Positions 15,965-25,225 of a stretch of 51,373 bases of DNA are shown piece after piece. The notes below the pieces were generated by a model. It did not search any database. It worked only from the letters and a program-made list of their open reading frames with translations, and was not told the DNA's origin. Source of the DNA: Actinomycetes bacterium (GTDB lineage: Bacteria; Actinomycetota; Acidimicrobiia; Acidimicrobiales; JAKAOS01). A program made the position numbers and the translations under genes. Position 1 is the first letter of the stretch; every line of letters begins with the position of its first letter. The stretch lies in NCBI GenBank assembly GCA_021795215.1, contig JAJYPS010000003.1, positions 1 through 51,373 on the forward strand. The letters are read 5' to 3'.

Positions 15965-17314
15965 ATGACCCAATCGAAGGTCAGCGGAGCGTCGACGAAG
16001 CTGCGACTGACGGCCGGCCTTGGCGCCCTGGCGTTGACTGCAGCGGCCTGCAGCACCTCCGCCGGCCGTACCTCGAGCACTGGCAGCAGCTCCAGCCCCC
16101 AGACACTGAAGCTCATCACTTGGGTGAACCCTCCGGCCGTGAAGGCCCTGCAGGCCATCGACGCCGAGTTCGAGAAGAAGTACCCGAACATCAAGGTGAG
16201 CCTGCAGACGGCAGCCAACCTGACGGGGCCATACCAGACGCTGCTACAGACTACTGTGGACGCTCATAGCGCCGATATCGTCAGTTGGTACCCACCGGTC
16301 CAGCCACTACCGCTGAAGCCGACCCGATCGAACATGAGCACATGGCAGTTCTGGTCAACCAACAACGTGTTTCAGCCGCTCAACGGAAGCAGCTGGCTGA
16401 ACCGCATGAAACCAGCAGCGGTCAAAGCGGAAACCTATAAGGGGAATATATATGGCATGGTCACCGGCTCCTATCAAGAAGGGGTGTTCTACAATAAGGC
16501 CATCTTTGCCAAGTACCACCTGACTCCGCCCAAAACCTATTCCGCATTCCTGGCCGACCTGAAGACTCTCAAGTCCGCCCATGTGACCCCTCTCTTCGAC
16601 GGGCTCGGGAACGTGGGGCCTCTCTACCTACAGTTTCTCTATTTTCCTCTGATGGCCAGTGTCTGGAGCCCCCACGTACCTAACAAGACTCTCGCCAGAG
16701 ACCTGGAGAGCGGCTCCGTCAAGTGGACAAGCCCCTCCTTCGTCAAGGTAATGCAGCGAGAAAAGCAGATAGCTAAGTATCTCGAGCCCAACTATGCGGG
16801 CGTCCCGTGGGAAAGCATGCCCGGTAGCTTCGCCCAGGGCGATGCAGCAATGTTGCTCGACGGATCCTGGGATCTTGCCGCTATCCACAAAGTCAATCCC
16901 TCTATGCAAGTGGGCTTCTTTCCTCTCCCTGGTAGCAATGTTGCAGCAAATAATGTGGCGTGGCAAAATAATAACCTTACCTTCTCAGTTCTGCGTCAGG
17001 CACCGAATAAGCCCGCTGCAAAGAAGTGGCTGGCATTCTTCGCTTCTCCCGCGATTTACAAGCAGTACGTCAGCATCACTGGCATATCACCCAGCTTCAC
17101 GGGCTCGGCGTACACCGGCTTCTCCGCTTCGGTGCTCGGAAGCTGGTTCGGGCGCGGTGTACACGGCAGCACCGTGTTCCCGACCCTCTCCCCCAACAAT
17201 TCCTACTGGGACCAGCCAGCCAATTGGCCGACCGCCCAACTCAACCTGCTCAACAACCAGTTCAGCCCACAACACGTGGCCAACCTGTACCAGAGCGCAT
17301 GGAAAACTTCATAG
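15965..17314 (+). CDS. Carbohydrate ABC transporter substrate-binding lipoprotein
   Basis: Lipobox LALTAAAC; YNKAIFAKYHLTPPKTY; FAQGDAAMLLDGSWD. Confidence 0.9.
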   Translation: MTQSKVSGASTKLRLTAGLGALALTAAACSTSAGRTSSTGSSSSPQTLKLITWVNPPAVKALQAIDAEFEKKYPNIKVSLQTAANLTGPYQTLLQTTVDAHSADIVSWYPPVQPLPLKPTRSNMSTWQFWSTNNVFQPLNGSSWLNRMKPAAVKAETYKGNIYGMVTGSYQEGVFYNKAIFAKYHLTPPKTYSAFLADLKTLKSAHVTPLFDGLGNVGPLYLQFLYFPLMASVWSPHVPNKTLARDLESGSVKWTSPSFVKVMQREKQIAKYLEPNYAGVPWESMPGSFAQGDAAMLLDGSWDLAAIHKVNPSMQVGFFPLPGSNVAANNVAWQNNNLTFSVLRQAPNKPAAKKWLAFFASPAIYKQYVSITGISPSFTGSAYTGFSASVLGSWFGRGVHGSTVFPTLSPNNSYWDQPANWPTAQLNLLNNQFSPQHVANLYQSAWKTS

Positions 17315-17345
17315 CCGGGAGCCGGGGGGCAAGAGCCCTTCCGCG

Positions 17346-18311
17346 ATGGCCCTAGCACCCCATAGACCTGCCGAGACCCTTGATACTCGCAAGGGAGCAG
17401 ACCAGCGCGCGCAGGCGGCGCGCCTGCTGGACAACAGGTCCCGAGTGGCCATGTGGCTGGGCTTGACGCTCGGACTAGGCGTGTACGGGATGTTCGGTCT
17501 CGTACCGGCGGCGGCCAACGTGGCCGTGTCGGCCACCAACTACTCCGGCCTTGCAGGATCGTCCATCAGCTTCACTGGCCTCCACAACTATGTGGCGCTG
17601 TTCACGACGGAGAGGCCGGGGTTCGTGGCAAGCCTCCTCGCTACCGTCATCTTCGTCATAAGTGTCTCCCTGGCACAGAACGCGTTCGCCCTGGTCCTCG
17701 CCCACCGACTCCAAGGCACAGGCCGGGTGGCGGCCGCTCTGCGAGTGCTCGTCTTCCTGCCCATCGTGCTGGGCGTCACCATCGTCGGGCTCATCTGGAT
17801 CCTCATCTTCGATCCGTCCCAGGGCCCGGCGGAGGCGATAGCGAACGCATTTGGTCTGCACTCGGCATTCCTGGGATCGTACGCCGGAGCTATGCCAATA
17901 GTCATCCTAGTGCAGATATGGCAAAACGTGGGTTTCTCCACCCTTGTATTCGTAGGCGGCCTCCGTGCGATCAATCCAGATATCTATGAAGCAGCGTCCA
18001 TCGACGGTGCCGGCTCGTGGCGTAGATTCGCTTCGATCACCTTCCCGTTACTGGCTCCCTCGATGACGGTGAACCTGTTGCTGGCCTTCGTCGGATCCCT
18101 GACGACTTACAATCTGATCTACGTGCTGACGAGCGGCCTCTACCGCACCGACACACTGGGCATGCTGGCATTCAACAGTGCCTTTGGAACCTCGGCAGAC
18201 CTGGGCTACGGCGCTGCGGTAAGCGTGGTGCTGTTCCTGGTCGCTCTCGGCACAGCGCTGCCGCTGATGGCGGCGCTGCGCCACCGGGAACGAAGACTGC
18301 TACCGGCATGA
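17346..18311 (+). CDS. Carbohydrate ABC transporter permease
   Basis: FTGLHNYVALF; LRAINPDIYEAASIDGAGSWRRF (EAA motif). Confidence 0.92.
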   Translation: MALAPHRPAETLDTRKGADQRAQAARLLDNRSRVAMWLGLTLGLGVYGMFGLVPAAANVAVSATNYSGLAGSSISFTGLHNYVALFTTERPGFVASLLATVIFVISVSLAQNAFALVLAHRLQGTGRVAAALRVLVFLPIVLGVTIVGLIWILIFDPSQGPAEAIANAFGLHSAFLGSYAGAMPIVILVQIWQNVGFSTLVFVGGLRAINPDIYEAASIDGAGSWRRFASITFPLLAPSMTVNLLLAFVGSLTTYNLIYVLTSGLYRTDTLGMLAFNSAFGTSADLGYGAAVSVVLFLVALGTALPLMAALRHRERRLLPA

Positions 18312-19138
18312 GAGCCCTGGCGGCCAAACGCTCTCGAGTCGTCTACAGGGCCAGTGGTGCCGTGGTCATCGGCCTGATCTTTTTCCTACCGGTGCTTTAC
18401 GCCGTCATGATCGCCTTCGAGCAGCCAGCACACTTTTTGCGGAATCCACTGGCACCTCCGCTGCACCCCGCGTTTGGCAACTTCGTGCTGGCCTGGCGCG
18501 CTGCCAATCTCGGGGAGGAACTTCTGAACACGGTGCTGTACTCCGTCGTGGCGTCCGCCACTTCCACGGTGCTGGGACTCCTGATCGCGTTCCCACTTGC
18601 CCGGCGACTGATCCGGCGCGCCTCTGCGGTCTACGGGGCACTGGCCGCCGGCCTGTTCTTGCCGTTTGCGATCATCCCGCTGTTCGTTGAAGCAAGATTT
18701 CTTCATCTCTACGACAATCGCATAGGTTACATCATCCTACATGTCGAGCCTGGCCTGCCCCTGGCAGTGGTGCTGCTCACAGCCTTTATCTCCTCCGTGC
18801 CGCGGGAGATGGACGAGGCGGCTGTGCTCGATGGGGCGGGGTACCTCCGCTACCTGGTGGCCGTAATCGTGCCGCTGACGTGGCCAGCGCTCTTGATCTC
18901 TTTCCTCTACGGGTTCCTGGCCGTATGGAACGACATAATTGGACCTGTCGTCTTCCTCGTTCGTCCGAGCCTCTTCCCCGTCACCAGAGGGATCTACAAC
19001 TTCTACGGTGCCAACCAGAGCGAGTGGACGCTGCTCGCGGCCGCCATCATCCTGGCCAGCTTGCCGGTGGTGGTGTTGTTCATCGCCTCGCAACGCCAGC
19101 TCATGCAGTCCACAATCGCCGGGGCTACGAAGGGATGA
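18308..19138 (+). CDS. Carbohydrate ABC transporter permease
   Basis: FISSVPREMDEAAVLDGAG (EAA motif); ATGA overlap. Confidence 0.92.
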   Translation: MRALAAKRSRVVYRASGAVVIGLIFFLPVLYAVMIAFEQPAHFLRNPLAPPLHPAFGNFVLAWRAANLGEELLNTVLYSVVASATSTVLGLLIAFPLARRLIRRASAVYGALAAGLFLPFAIIPLFVEARFLHLYDNRIGYIILHVEPGLPLAVVLLTAFISSVPREMDEAAVLDGAGYLRYLVAVIVPLTWPALLISFLYGFLAVWNDIIGPVVFLVRPSLFPVTRGIYNFYGANQSEWTLLAAAIILASLPVVVLFIASQRQLMQSTIAGATKG

Positions 19139-20037
19139 GGATCGAGCCCCCCACCGAGCAGCGAAACCCTCGAACGGCAGATATCGACACGCTCGATGCT
19201 CTGGCGCTTCTGGAGCGGATCAACGACGAGGACGCCACCGTGGTGCCGGCGGTCAGAGCCGTGCTCCAAGAGCTGGCCACCTTGGTGAACCTGACCGTGG
19301 CCAGCCTCCACGAGGGTGGGACCGTTCACTACTTCGGAGCCGGAACCTCTGGTCGTATGGCATTCATGGACGCTGCCGAGATACCGCCGACCTTCGGCGT
19401 CAGTCCCGACAGGTTCCAGGCTCACATAGCCGGCGGTCCCGAAGCGTTCCGTATGTCTCGGGAGGGCGCCGAGGACGACGACCGGCAAGGGATGCTGGAT
19501 GCCGACCAGGTCACATGTGGAGACGTCGCAGTGGGCGTCGCTGCCTCGGGACGCACGCCGTACGTGGAGGGCGCCCTCCGCCACTCCCGATCCCGAGGAG
19601 CCCACACCGCTCTCATCACCTCCAATCCTTTCGCACCGCTCCGAGCGGTTGCGGACACTTTCATCTGCGTCGACACGGGCCCAGAGGTACTGACCGGCTC
19701 GACCCGCATGAAAGCCGGCACTGCGCAGAAGCTGGTGCTCAACGCATTCTCGACGGCCGTAATGGTCAGGTCCGGCAGGACCTGGTCCAATTTGATGGTC
19801 GGCGTGCTCCCCACCAACACCAAGCTCCGCAGCAGGGCCGTCGGTCTCGTGGCTCAGGCAACCGGCCTCGATCGGGCGACGTGCCGGCAGGCGTTGGTGG
19901 CCTCCGACGGAGAGGTGACAACTGCCCTGGTGATGCTCATGGCCAGGGTGACCACAGAGCAGGCACGGTATGCCCTGGCGAAGTGCGGAGGCTCGATCAC
20001 GGATGCCCTGGCGTCGATGGAGTCGATGGGCCAGTGA
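19135..20037 (+). CDS. murQ: N-acetylmuramic acid 6-phosphate etherase
   Basis: TEQRNPRTADID, GAGTSGR, EGAED, GPEVLTGSTRMKAGTAQKLVLN. Confidence 0.95.
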   Translation: MRIEPPTEQRNPRTADIDTLDALALLERINDEDATVVPAVRAVLQELATLVNLTVASLHEGGTVHYFGAGTSGRMAFMDAAEIPPTFGVSPDRFQAHIAGGPEAFRMSREGAEDDDRQGMLDADQVTCGDVAVGVAASGRTPYVEGALRHSRSRGAHTALITSNPFAPLRAVADTFICVDTGPEVLTGSTRMKAGTAQKLVLNAFSTAVMVRSGRTWSNLMVGVLPTNTKLRSRAVGLVAQATGLDRATCRQALVASDGEVTTALVMLMARVTTEQARYALAKCGGSITDALASMESMGQ

Positions 20038-20056
20038 TCCACCGCTGCAACGGGCG

Positions 20057-21373
20057 CTAGCACCGGCTGGGACCGCCGACTGGAGCTGCGACCAAGAGAT
20101 TGGACGGATCCCAGACCACCTCACCGCCTGCGATAGTGGCCGCCGCCTTCAGCCGCTCGTCCAACACGACCACGTCCGCGTCCGCGCCCGGGCGCAGGTG
20201 GCCCTTGTCGATGGAGGAGATGACCCCTGCCGGGGTGCCTGTGGCGGCCAGTACTGCGGTCCCCAGGTCCACCCCTGCACCTATCAGGGTGGCGACCGCT
20301 CGGTCCATGGTCAGGACACTTCCCGCGAGGGTGTCCGGCTGCGCTTCGAGAACCACCCGATCGGCTCTGACGCTCACCGCCGACTGACCCACTTTGTAGG
20401 AGCCGGTCGGCATCCCACAGGCAGAGGTGGCGTCTGTGACCGCCACCACGCGGCGGGGTGCCACAGCAGCCACCATGGCGAGAAATCCTGGGTGCACGTG
20501 GACGCCGTCTGCGATCAGCTCCAGTGTGGCAGTGGGATCTGCCAGCGCCGCAGCGACAGGCCCTGGCTGACGACGATCCAACGCCGCCATGGCGTTGCCG
20601 AGATGAGTCACATGGGAAGCCCCGGCGGCGAGAGCACTCCGGACGGCATCGAAACCGGCCGCCGTGTGGCCCACCGACATGACGATCCCAGCCGCAAGCC
20701 CCGCGGCCACCAGTCGGTCTGCCCCTGGCAGCTCGGGGGCGAACGTCACCAGGCGCACCGTGCCGCTCGACTGCTCCGCCAACGCCGCTAGCTCGCCCGT
20801 ATCGGGCCGCCTCAGGTGCTCCCGCGCGTGCGCTCCCGCCCTTTCCGGCGCCAGCCATGGACCCTCCAGATGGATGCCGAGGACCGTGGAACCGACCGGC
20901 ACCGGGCCGGTGCCACGGTCCGGCCGTCGGCCGCTGCGGGCTTCCATTGCAAGTGCCACTCCCCTGGCCGCCGCCCTGAGTCGTTCCGGGGAGTCCGAGA
21001 CAGTGGTAGCCAGCAGCGAAGTGGTGCCATGGCGAACGTGGTGAAGGCAGAGGCGGCCGACCTCCGCCTCGACCTCCTCGGGCGTCTCGCCGGACACCTG
21101 GCTACCGCCGCCACCATGCACATGCAGGTCCACGAAGCCAGGTGCGACCACCATGCGGCCCAAGTCCACCGACGGGACCCCCGCCGGGCCCCTACCCGGG
21201 CCGGCACCCTCGATCCGACTACCGCAGATCAGCACCCACCCTGAGTCCCAAACGAGTCCGGACGTGGCTATCCGTCCCCGCAGCAGCCACTTCCGGGATG
21301 TGGATTCGCAACTCGCAGAACTGTCAGCCCGTAAGATAGCTACATTCTGCCACAGCGAGGAAGGTGCACACAT
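20057..21373 (-). CDS. nagA: N-acetylglucosamine-6-phosphate deacetylase (start uncertain)
   Basis: PGFVDLHVHGGGG, GIHLEGPW, GHT, THLGNAM, DGVH, VTDA, LAGS. The nearest in-frame canonical start before the homologous N-terminus is ATG 21373. Confidence 0.88.
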   Translation of the reverse strand: MCAPSSLWQNVAILRADSSASCESTSRKWLLRGRIATSGLVWDSGWVLICGSRIEGAGPGRGPAGVPSVDLGRMVVAPGFVDLHVHGGGGSQVSGETPEEVEAEVGRLCLHHVRHGTTSLLATTVSDSPERLRAAARGVALAMEARSGRRPDRGTGPVPVGSTVLGIHLEGPWLAPERAGAHAREHLRRPDTGELAALAEQSSGTVRLVTFAPELPGADRLVAAGLAAGIVMSVGHTAAGFDAVRSALAAGASHVTHLGNAMAALDRRQPGPVAAALADPTATLELIADGVHVHPGFLAMVAAVAPRRVVAVTDATSACGMPTGSYKVGQSAVSVRADRVVLEAQPDTLAGSVLTMDRAVATLIGAGVDLGTAVLAATGTPAGVISSIDKGHLRPGADADVVVLDERLKAAATIAGGEVVWDPSNLLVAAPVGGPSRC

Positions 21374-22178
21374 GGAGGTTGTGATCGTGCCGAACCGGGC
21401 GGTGGGGGCGGCCCTGGTAGCGGACTCCATCACAACGCTGGTTGCCAGGCGGCCCCATGCGGTTCTTGGATTGGCAACTGGCAGCACTCCCGAGGCGGTA
21501 TACGACGAACTGGTGCGGAGGGTCCGAGGAGGGGGCACTGATAGCCAGCAATGTCAACCGCTCCGATTGGACGGAATTCGCGCCTTTCTGCTGGACGAGT
21601 ACGTCGGGCTACCGGCGGAGCACCCGGCAAGCTACCGGGCGGTGATCCGCCGGCAGTTCGTGGACCGGCTGGGGCTTCGGCCAGCGCAGGTCGAGGGTCC
21701 GGACGCCGGTGCAGCGGACCTGTCCGCAGCCTGCAACCGTTACGAAGCGGCCATCCAGCAGGCCGGCGGGATCGACCTGCAGCTGTTGGGCATCGGAGGC
21801 GATGGGCACGTCGGTTTCAACGAGCCAAGCTCGTCGCTCGGTTCGCGGACCCGGATCAAGACGCTCACCAGCCAGACCGTCCACGACAACTCCAGGTTCT
21901 TCACCGGCGCCCACCAGGTTCCGAACCATGTGATCACTCAAGGACTGGCCAACATATCCCAAGCGCGGCATCTCGTCCTGATGGCTTGGGGCAGCTCCAA
22001 GGCGTGGGCGATCGCGAAATGCGTGGAGGGTCCGGTGACTGCGATGGTTCCCGCCTCTGTCCTCCAGCTGCATCCCCACGTGACAGTGGTGATCGATGAC
22101 GACGCTGCGTCCCGACTACAGCTGGCCGACTACTACCGGAGCACCTACAGGGACAAGCCTCCGTGGCAGGGCCTCTGA
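21372..22178 (+). CDS. nagB: Glucosamine-6-phosphate deaminase
   Basis: MEVVIV, LGLATGSTP, LDEYVGL, LLGIGGDGHVGFNEP; GAGGAAGG RBS. Confidence 0.95.
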   Translation: MEVVIVPNRAVGAALVADSITTLVARRPHAVLGLATGSTPEAVYDELVRRVRGGGTDSQQCQPLRLDGIRAFLLDEYVGLPAEHPASYRAVIRRQFVDRLGLRPAQVEGPDAGAADLSAACNRYEAAIQQAGGIDLQLLGIGGDGHVGFNEPSSSLGSRTRIKTLTSQTVHDNSRFFTGAHQVPNHVITQGLANISQARHLVLMAWGSSKAWAIAKCVEGPVTAMVPASVLQLHPHVTVVIDDDAASRLQLADYYRSTYRDKPPWQGL

Positions 22179-22304
22179 GGGCAGCCTTCTCAGAGGCGTA
22201 GGCGCCATCGCGCGAGGTCCGGATCGCATGCGACCGGGCTGCCCACCTCCCTGGTACAGGCAGCGCCCTCCGCCATGGCATTGAGCTCGCAAGGCGTCCG
22301 GGGG

Positions 22305-23324
22305 CTACTTCTGACTTCGATAGGCGGCAGCCGTCTCACGAAGCCGCCGGTGCGCGGACCCGTACACTTCCACTTTTGGCAGCCACCGCTTGGCCATCTT
22401 CGCGATGCAGGTGTAATTGGTATCGACCACATTGGCGATCGGCGCTTCCACCGCTTGAGTGACCAGTTGGTACGCGTCGAGGACGTCCAGGCCGAAGTCC
22501 GCCGAGACCCAGGTCACCATCTCTGCCTGAGCGATCCTGAACGCATCCTCGAGCGGCCGGGCCGATCCGGTGGTCATTAGGTGAGAATCGCTCTCGATCC
22601 TCGGCCAAGCACATCGCTGGCCCTTTATCAGGTCCACGACGATCACCGATTCCATGGCCGCTTCCACGGCCACCCCACAAGCCTCTCCCTCACCTTGGCG
22701 AGCGTGCCCGTCACCGAGCGACACCAGCGCACCCTCGACGTTCACGCCGAGATAGCACGTGACGCCGGCCCTCAACTCGGGAGTATCCATGTTGCCGCCA
22801 AAGGAATCTGGCACCAGAGCGCTTCTCACCTCGAGGTTTGCCGGTGCCACTCCGAGAGTGCCATGCATTGGCTCCATAGGGAGATCAACCGCATAACTCC
22901 CCCGCCGGGACTGGAACCGACACGTTCGCGCGTGGCGATCCAATCGCCATATCCAGACGATCTCCGGGAGCGGATCATGAAGCATTGCCGTGGAATGGGT
23001 TGCGGTAAGGGCACCGAACAGCGGGACCGTCGTCGAGACGGCCCAGTCTCTCGCAGGTTCGATCGAGACGAAGTGGACGGCAAGTGTGTCCCCCGGCTTT
23101 GCGCCCTCCACATAGAACGGTCCGGTCTGAGGGTTGAGGAAGGGAAACTGGCATACTTCGCTCACGAGATCCTTCTCGCTTTGTACCTTCCCAGCGAAGC
23201 AGTCCTCCGTGAAGACTTCGAGCACTGCGCCCGGCCTTATTCTCGCCACTGGCTCCGTCCCTCCGAACGTCCAGGCGTACTGGTCTGGAGCCGGACGAAA
23301 TGCGATCACAGACAGATCCGCCAT
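22305..23324 (-). CDS. Acetamidase/formamidase-family protein (second, divergent paralog)
   Basis: Start MADLSV; VFTEDCFAG, NPQTGPFYVEGAKPGDTLAVH, FGGNMDTPE, LGDGHARQGEGE. Confidence 0.9.
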   Translation of the reverse strand: MADLSVIAFRPAPDQYAWTFGGTEPVARIRPGAVLEVFTEDCFAGKVQSEKDLVSEVCQFPFLNPQTGPFYVEGAKPGDTLAVHFVSIEPARDWAVSTTVPLFGALTATHSTAMLHDPLPEIVWIWRLDRHARTCRFQSRRGSYAVDLPMEPMHGTLGVAPANLEVRSALVPDSFGGNMDTPELRAGVTCYLGVNVEGALVSLGDGHARQGEGEACGVAVEAAMESVIVVDLIKGQRCAWPRIESDSHLMTTGSARPLEDAFRIAQAEMVTWVSADFGLDVLDAYQLVTQAVEAPIANVVDTNYTCIAKMAKRWLPKVEVYGSAHRRLRETAAAYRSQK

Positions 23325-23326
23325 AC

Positions 23327-24841
23327 CTACACCCCTTGTTCCGAATCGCTGGAGATTTCCGAATCTAGGTAGACACGGCCTACTGCCGCCACCCGATCTG
23401 GCGCAATCCGGTACTGCAGCACCAGATAGATCAGCCCTGCAAGCATCCACAGAGCAGTCACAGGGCCCATGTACGATACAGGAGCCGTCAGGGCAGAGAT
23501 GAAGCTGAAGACCTTGATCCCAGCAGCGTTGAGCCATACCGGCACAAAGGTGAGGATCCCAAGGATCGGAACGAAGATGTGAAGAAGCGGGTTAAGTTGC
23601 TCTCGATGCCGCAGAAAATATCCTATGCAGGCGGCGTCGATCACGATGTACACAGCAGCGACGACGATGACGATCCCTGTGCCCAGCATGTCGAAGGCGT
23701 TTGTCGTTCCATAGGTCAACCCGAGTCCAAGTGCCAGCCCAACGGTGGCTGCCGTCGAGAGAGTGATCGCTTGGTAAGGAGACCTGTGCCGTCGGCCAAG
23801 GGTAGCGAGCCTAGCCGGAAATACTCGGATGCGACCCATCGCGAACGCCATACGACTCACCACGTTCAGACCAGCGTTGGCGTTCGCCACGGTCGAGTTG
23901 ACGATCGCGAAGAACACAAAGATCCAGGCCACCCCGAAGAATGACCGTGTCAGCCCTTCCCAGGAAGCGGTACCGGATCCGGTGAAGCCGGCAAACGATC
24001 CGGGGCCATACGCGACCGACACCGCGTAAGTGGTAAAGACATAGAGTGCGCCAACTCCCGCCGTCGCCAGAAGTACTGCCCGACGTACGGTCTGCCTGGG
24101 CTTGCGAGCTTCTTCAGAAAGTGACGTCGCTGCCTCGAAGCCAGCGAAGGCCAGGACAGTAAAAATGGAGCCAGCAATAATACCGGACATGCCGCGGTGT
24201 GCTGACGGCGTATATCGGGTAGTGAACACTTGGAGCGTATTATGCGAACCCGCGTGAATAACAAGCAACACACCTACGACGAGGAATACGACGATCTCGA
24301 ATGCGCCGAGCACGGAGCCGAGGTAAGTCGAGGTTTGAATACCCATCACTCCAACATAGAAGATGACCGCCGCACCCAATATCACCCACGGCCACCAAAG
24401 TCCAATAGGATATGCAGACCATTCGGAATGGATAGTTGTGGCGATTGTGAAGCCTAGCTGGATGAGCACGAGGGGCGGGAGCAGAGCAGCTGCGAAAGTG
24501 TAACCCCACGCCACCAGGAAGCCGATGCTCGGATGAAGACCCTCAGCCGCGAAGGTTGCCATGGACCCTGCTGCCGGTATGCGGGCTGCCAATTCACCAA
24601 CGCAACTGGCTGTCAACAGTGAGGCAACGAGGGCAAGAAGCACTGCCAAGGGCAACGAGCCTCCAGCAAAACCGGCTCCAGCTGGTATCGAAGCGGCAAT
24701 GGCTGCTCCGGGAGCCATATCAGTGATACTCTGGAAAAGAACCTCTCGTAGGCCAATGGCGTCGGCCGCCAACTTCGTATCGGGCTTTTGAGTATGTAAT
24801 ACCCGCCGCGCTCCTTCTATTCTTGTGCCTCTGCTATTCAC
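23327..24841 (-). CDS. APC-superfamily permease
   Basis: LFQSITDMAPG, IPAAGSMATF, FAGFEAATSLSEEARKP; about 12 TM segments. Confidence 0.9.
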   Translation of the reverse strand: MNSRGTRIEGARRVLHTQKPDTKLAADAIGLREVLFQSITDMAPGAAIAASIPAGAGFAGGSLPLAVLLALVASLLTASCVGELAARIPAAGSMATFAAEGLHPSIGFLVAWGYTFAAALLPPLVLIQLGFTIATTIHSEWSAYPIGLWWPWVILGAAVIFYVGVMGIQTSTYLGSVLGAFEIVVFLVVGVLLVIHAGSHNTLQVFTTRYTPSAHRGMSGIIAGSIFTVLAFAGFEAATSLSEEARKPRQTVRRAVLLATAGVGALYVFTTYAVSVAYGPGSFAGFTGSGTASWEGLTRSFFGVAWIFVFFAIVNSTVANANAGLNVVSRMAFAMGRIRVFPARLATLGRRHRSPYQAITLSTAATVGLALGLGLTYGTTNAFDMLGTGIVIVVAAVYIVIDAACIGYFLRHREQLNPLLHIFVPILGILTFVPVWLNAAGIKVFSFISALTAPVSYMGPVTALWMLAGLIYLVLQYRIAPDRVAAVGRVYLDSEISSDSEQGV

Positions 24842-25034
24842 AGCGCAGTTCGCAACTGGGATTCGTTCATGCTCTCACGCCAGTCCCCTCGCAGTAGAAT
24901 CGATCCCGGGCGGGCTGCTGTAGTCATGGGTTGAGAATAGCTCGTCAGCAGCCCCTGGACTCGACTATCAGGTCCCAAATCCTTGGTCTTCCGATAGATC
25001 GGTGACGCCACGGGAGGCATTCAAACGATTCTGT

Positions 25035-25072
25035 GTTGCAGCCACGTTACGTCAGGACCAACCCTGAGTTTC
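25035..25072 (-). promoter_or_regulatory. Putative GlnR binding site upstream of the APC-amidase operon
   Basis: Minus strand GAAAC-n17-GTAAC-n6-GCAAC (plus strand GTTGC 25035, GTTAC 25046, GTTTC 25068). Confidence 0.55.
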
Positions 25073-25225
25073 CAACCGGAGCTTCGACCTAATACGAGCA
25101 CGAGTTGTCGCTCCCCAAGACGCACTGGCACAGGTCGGCCGGCCCGATGCACCGGACCTGCCCGGAGCCACCCGGTGCCGTCAATGTCTGGGGCCTCAGG
25201 CCGGCCTCAGGCGAAGGTTGGGTCT

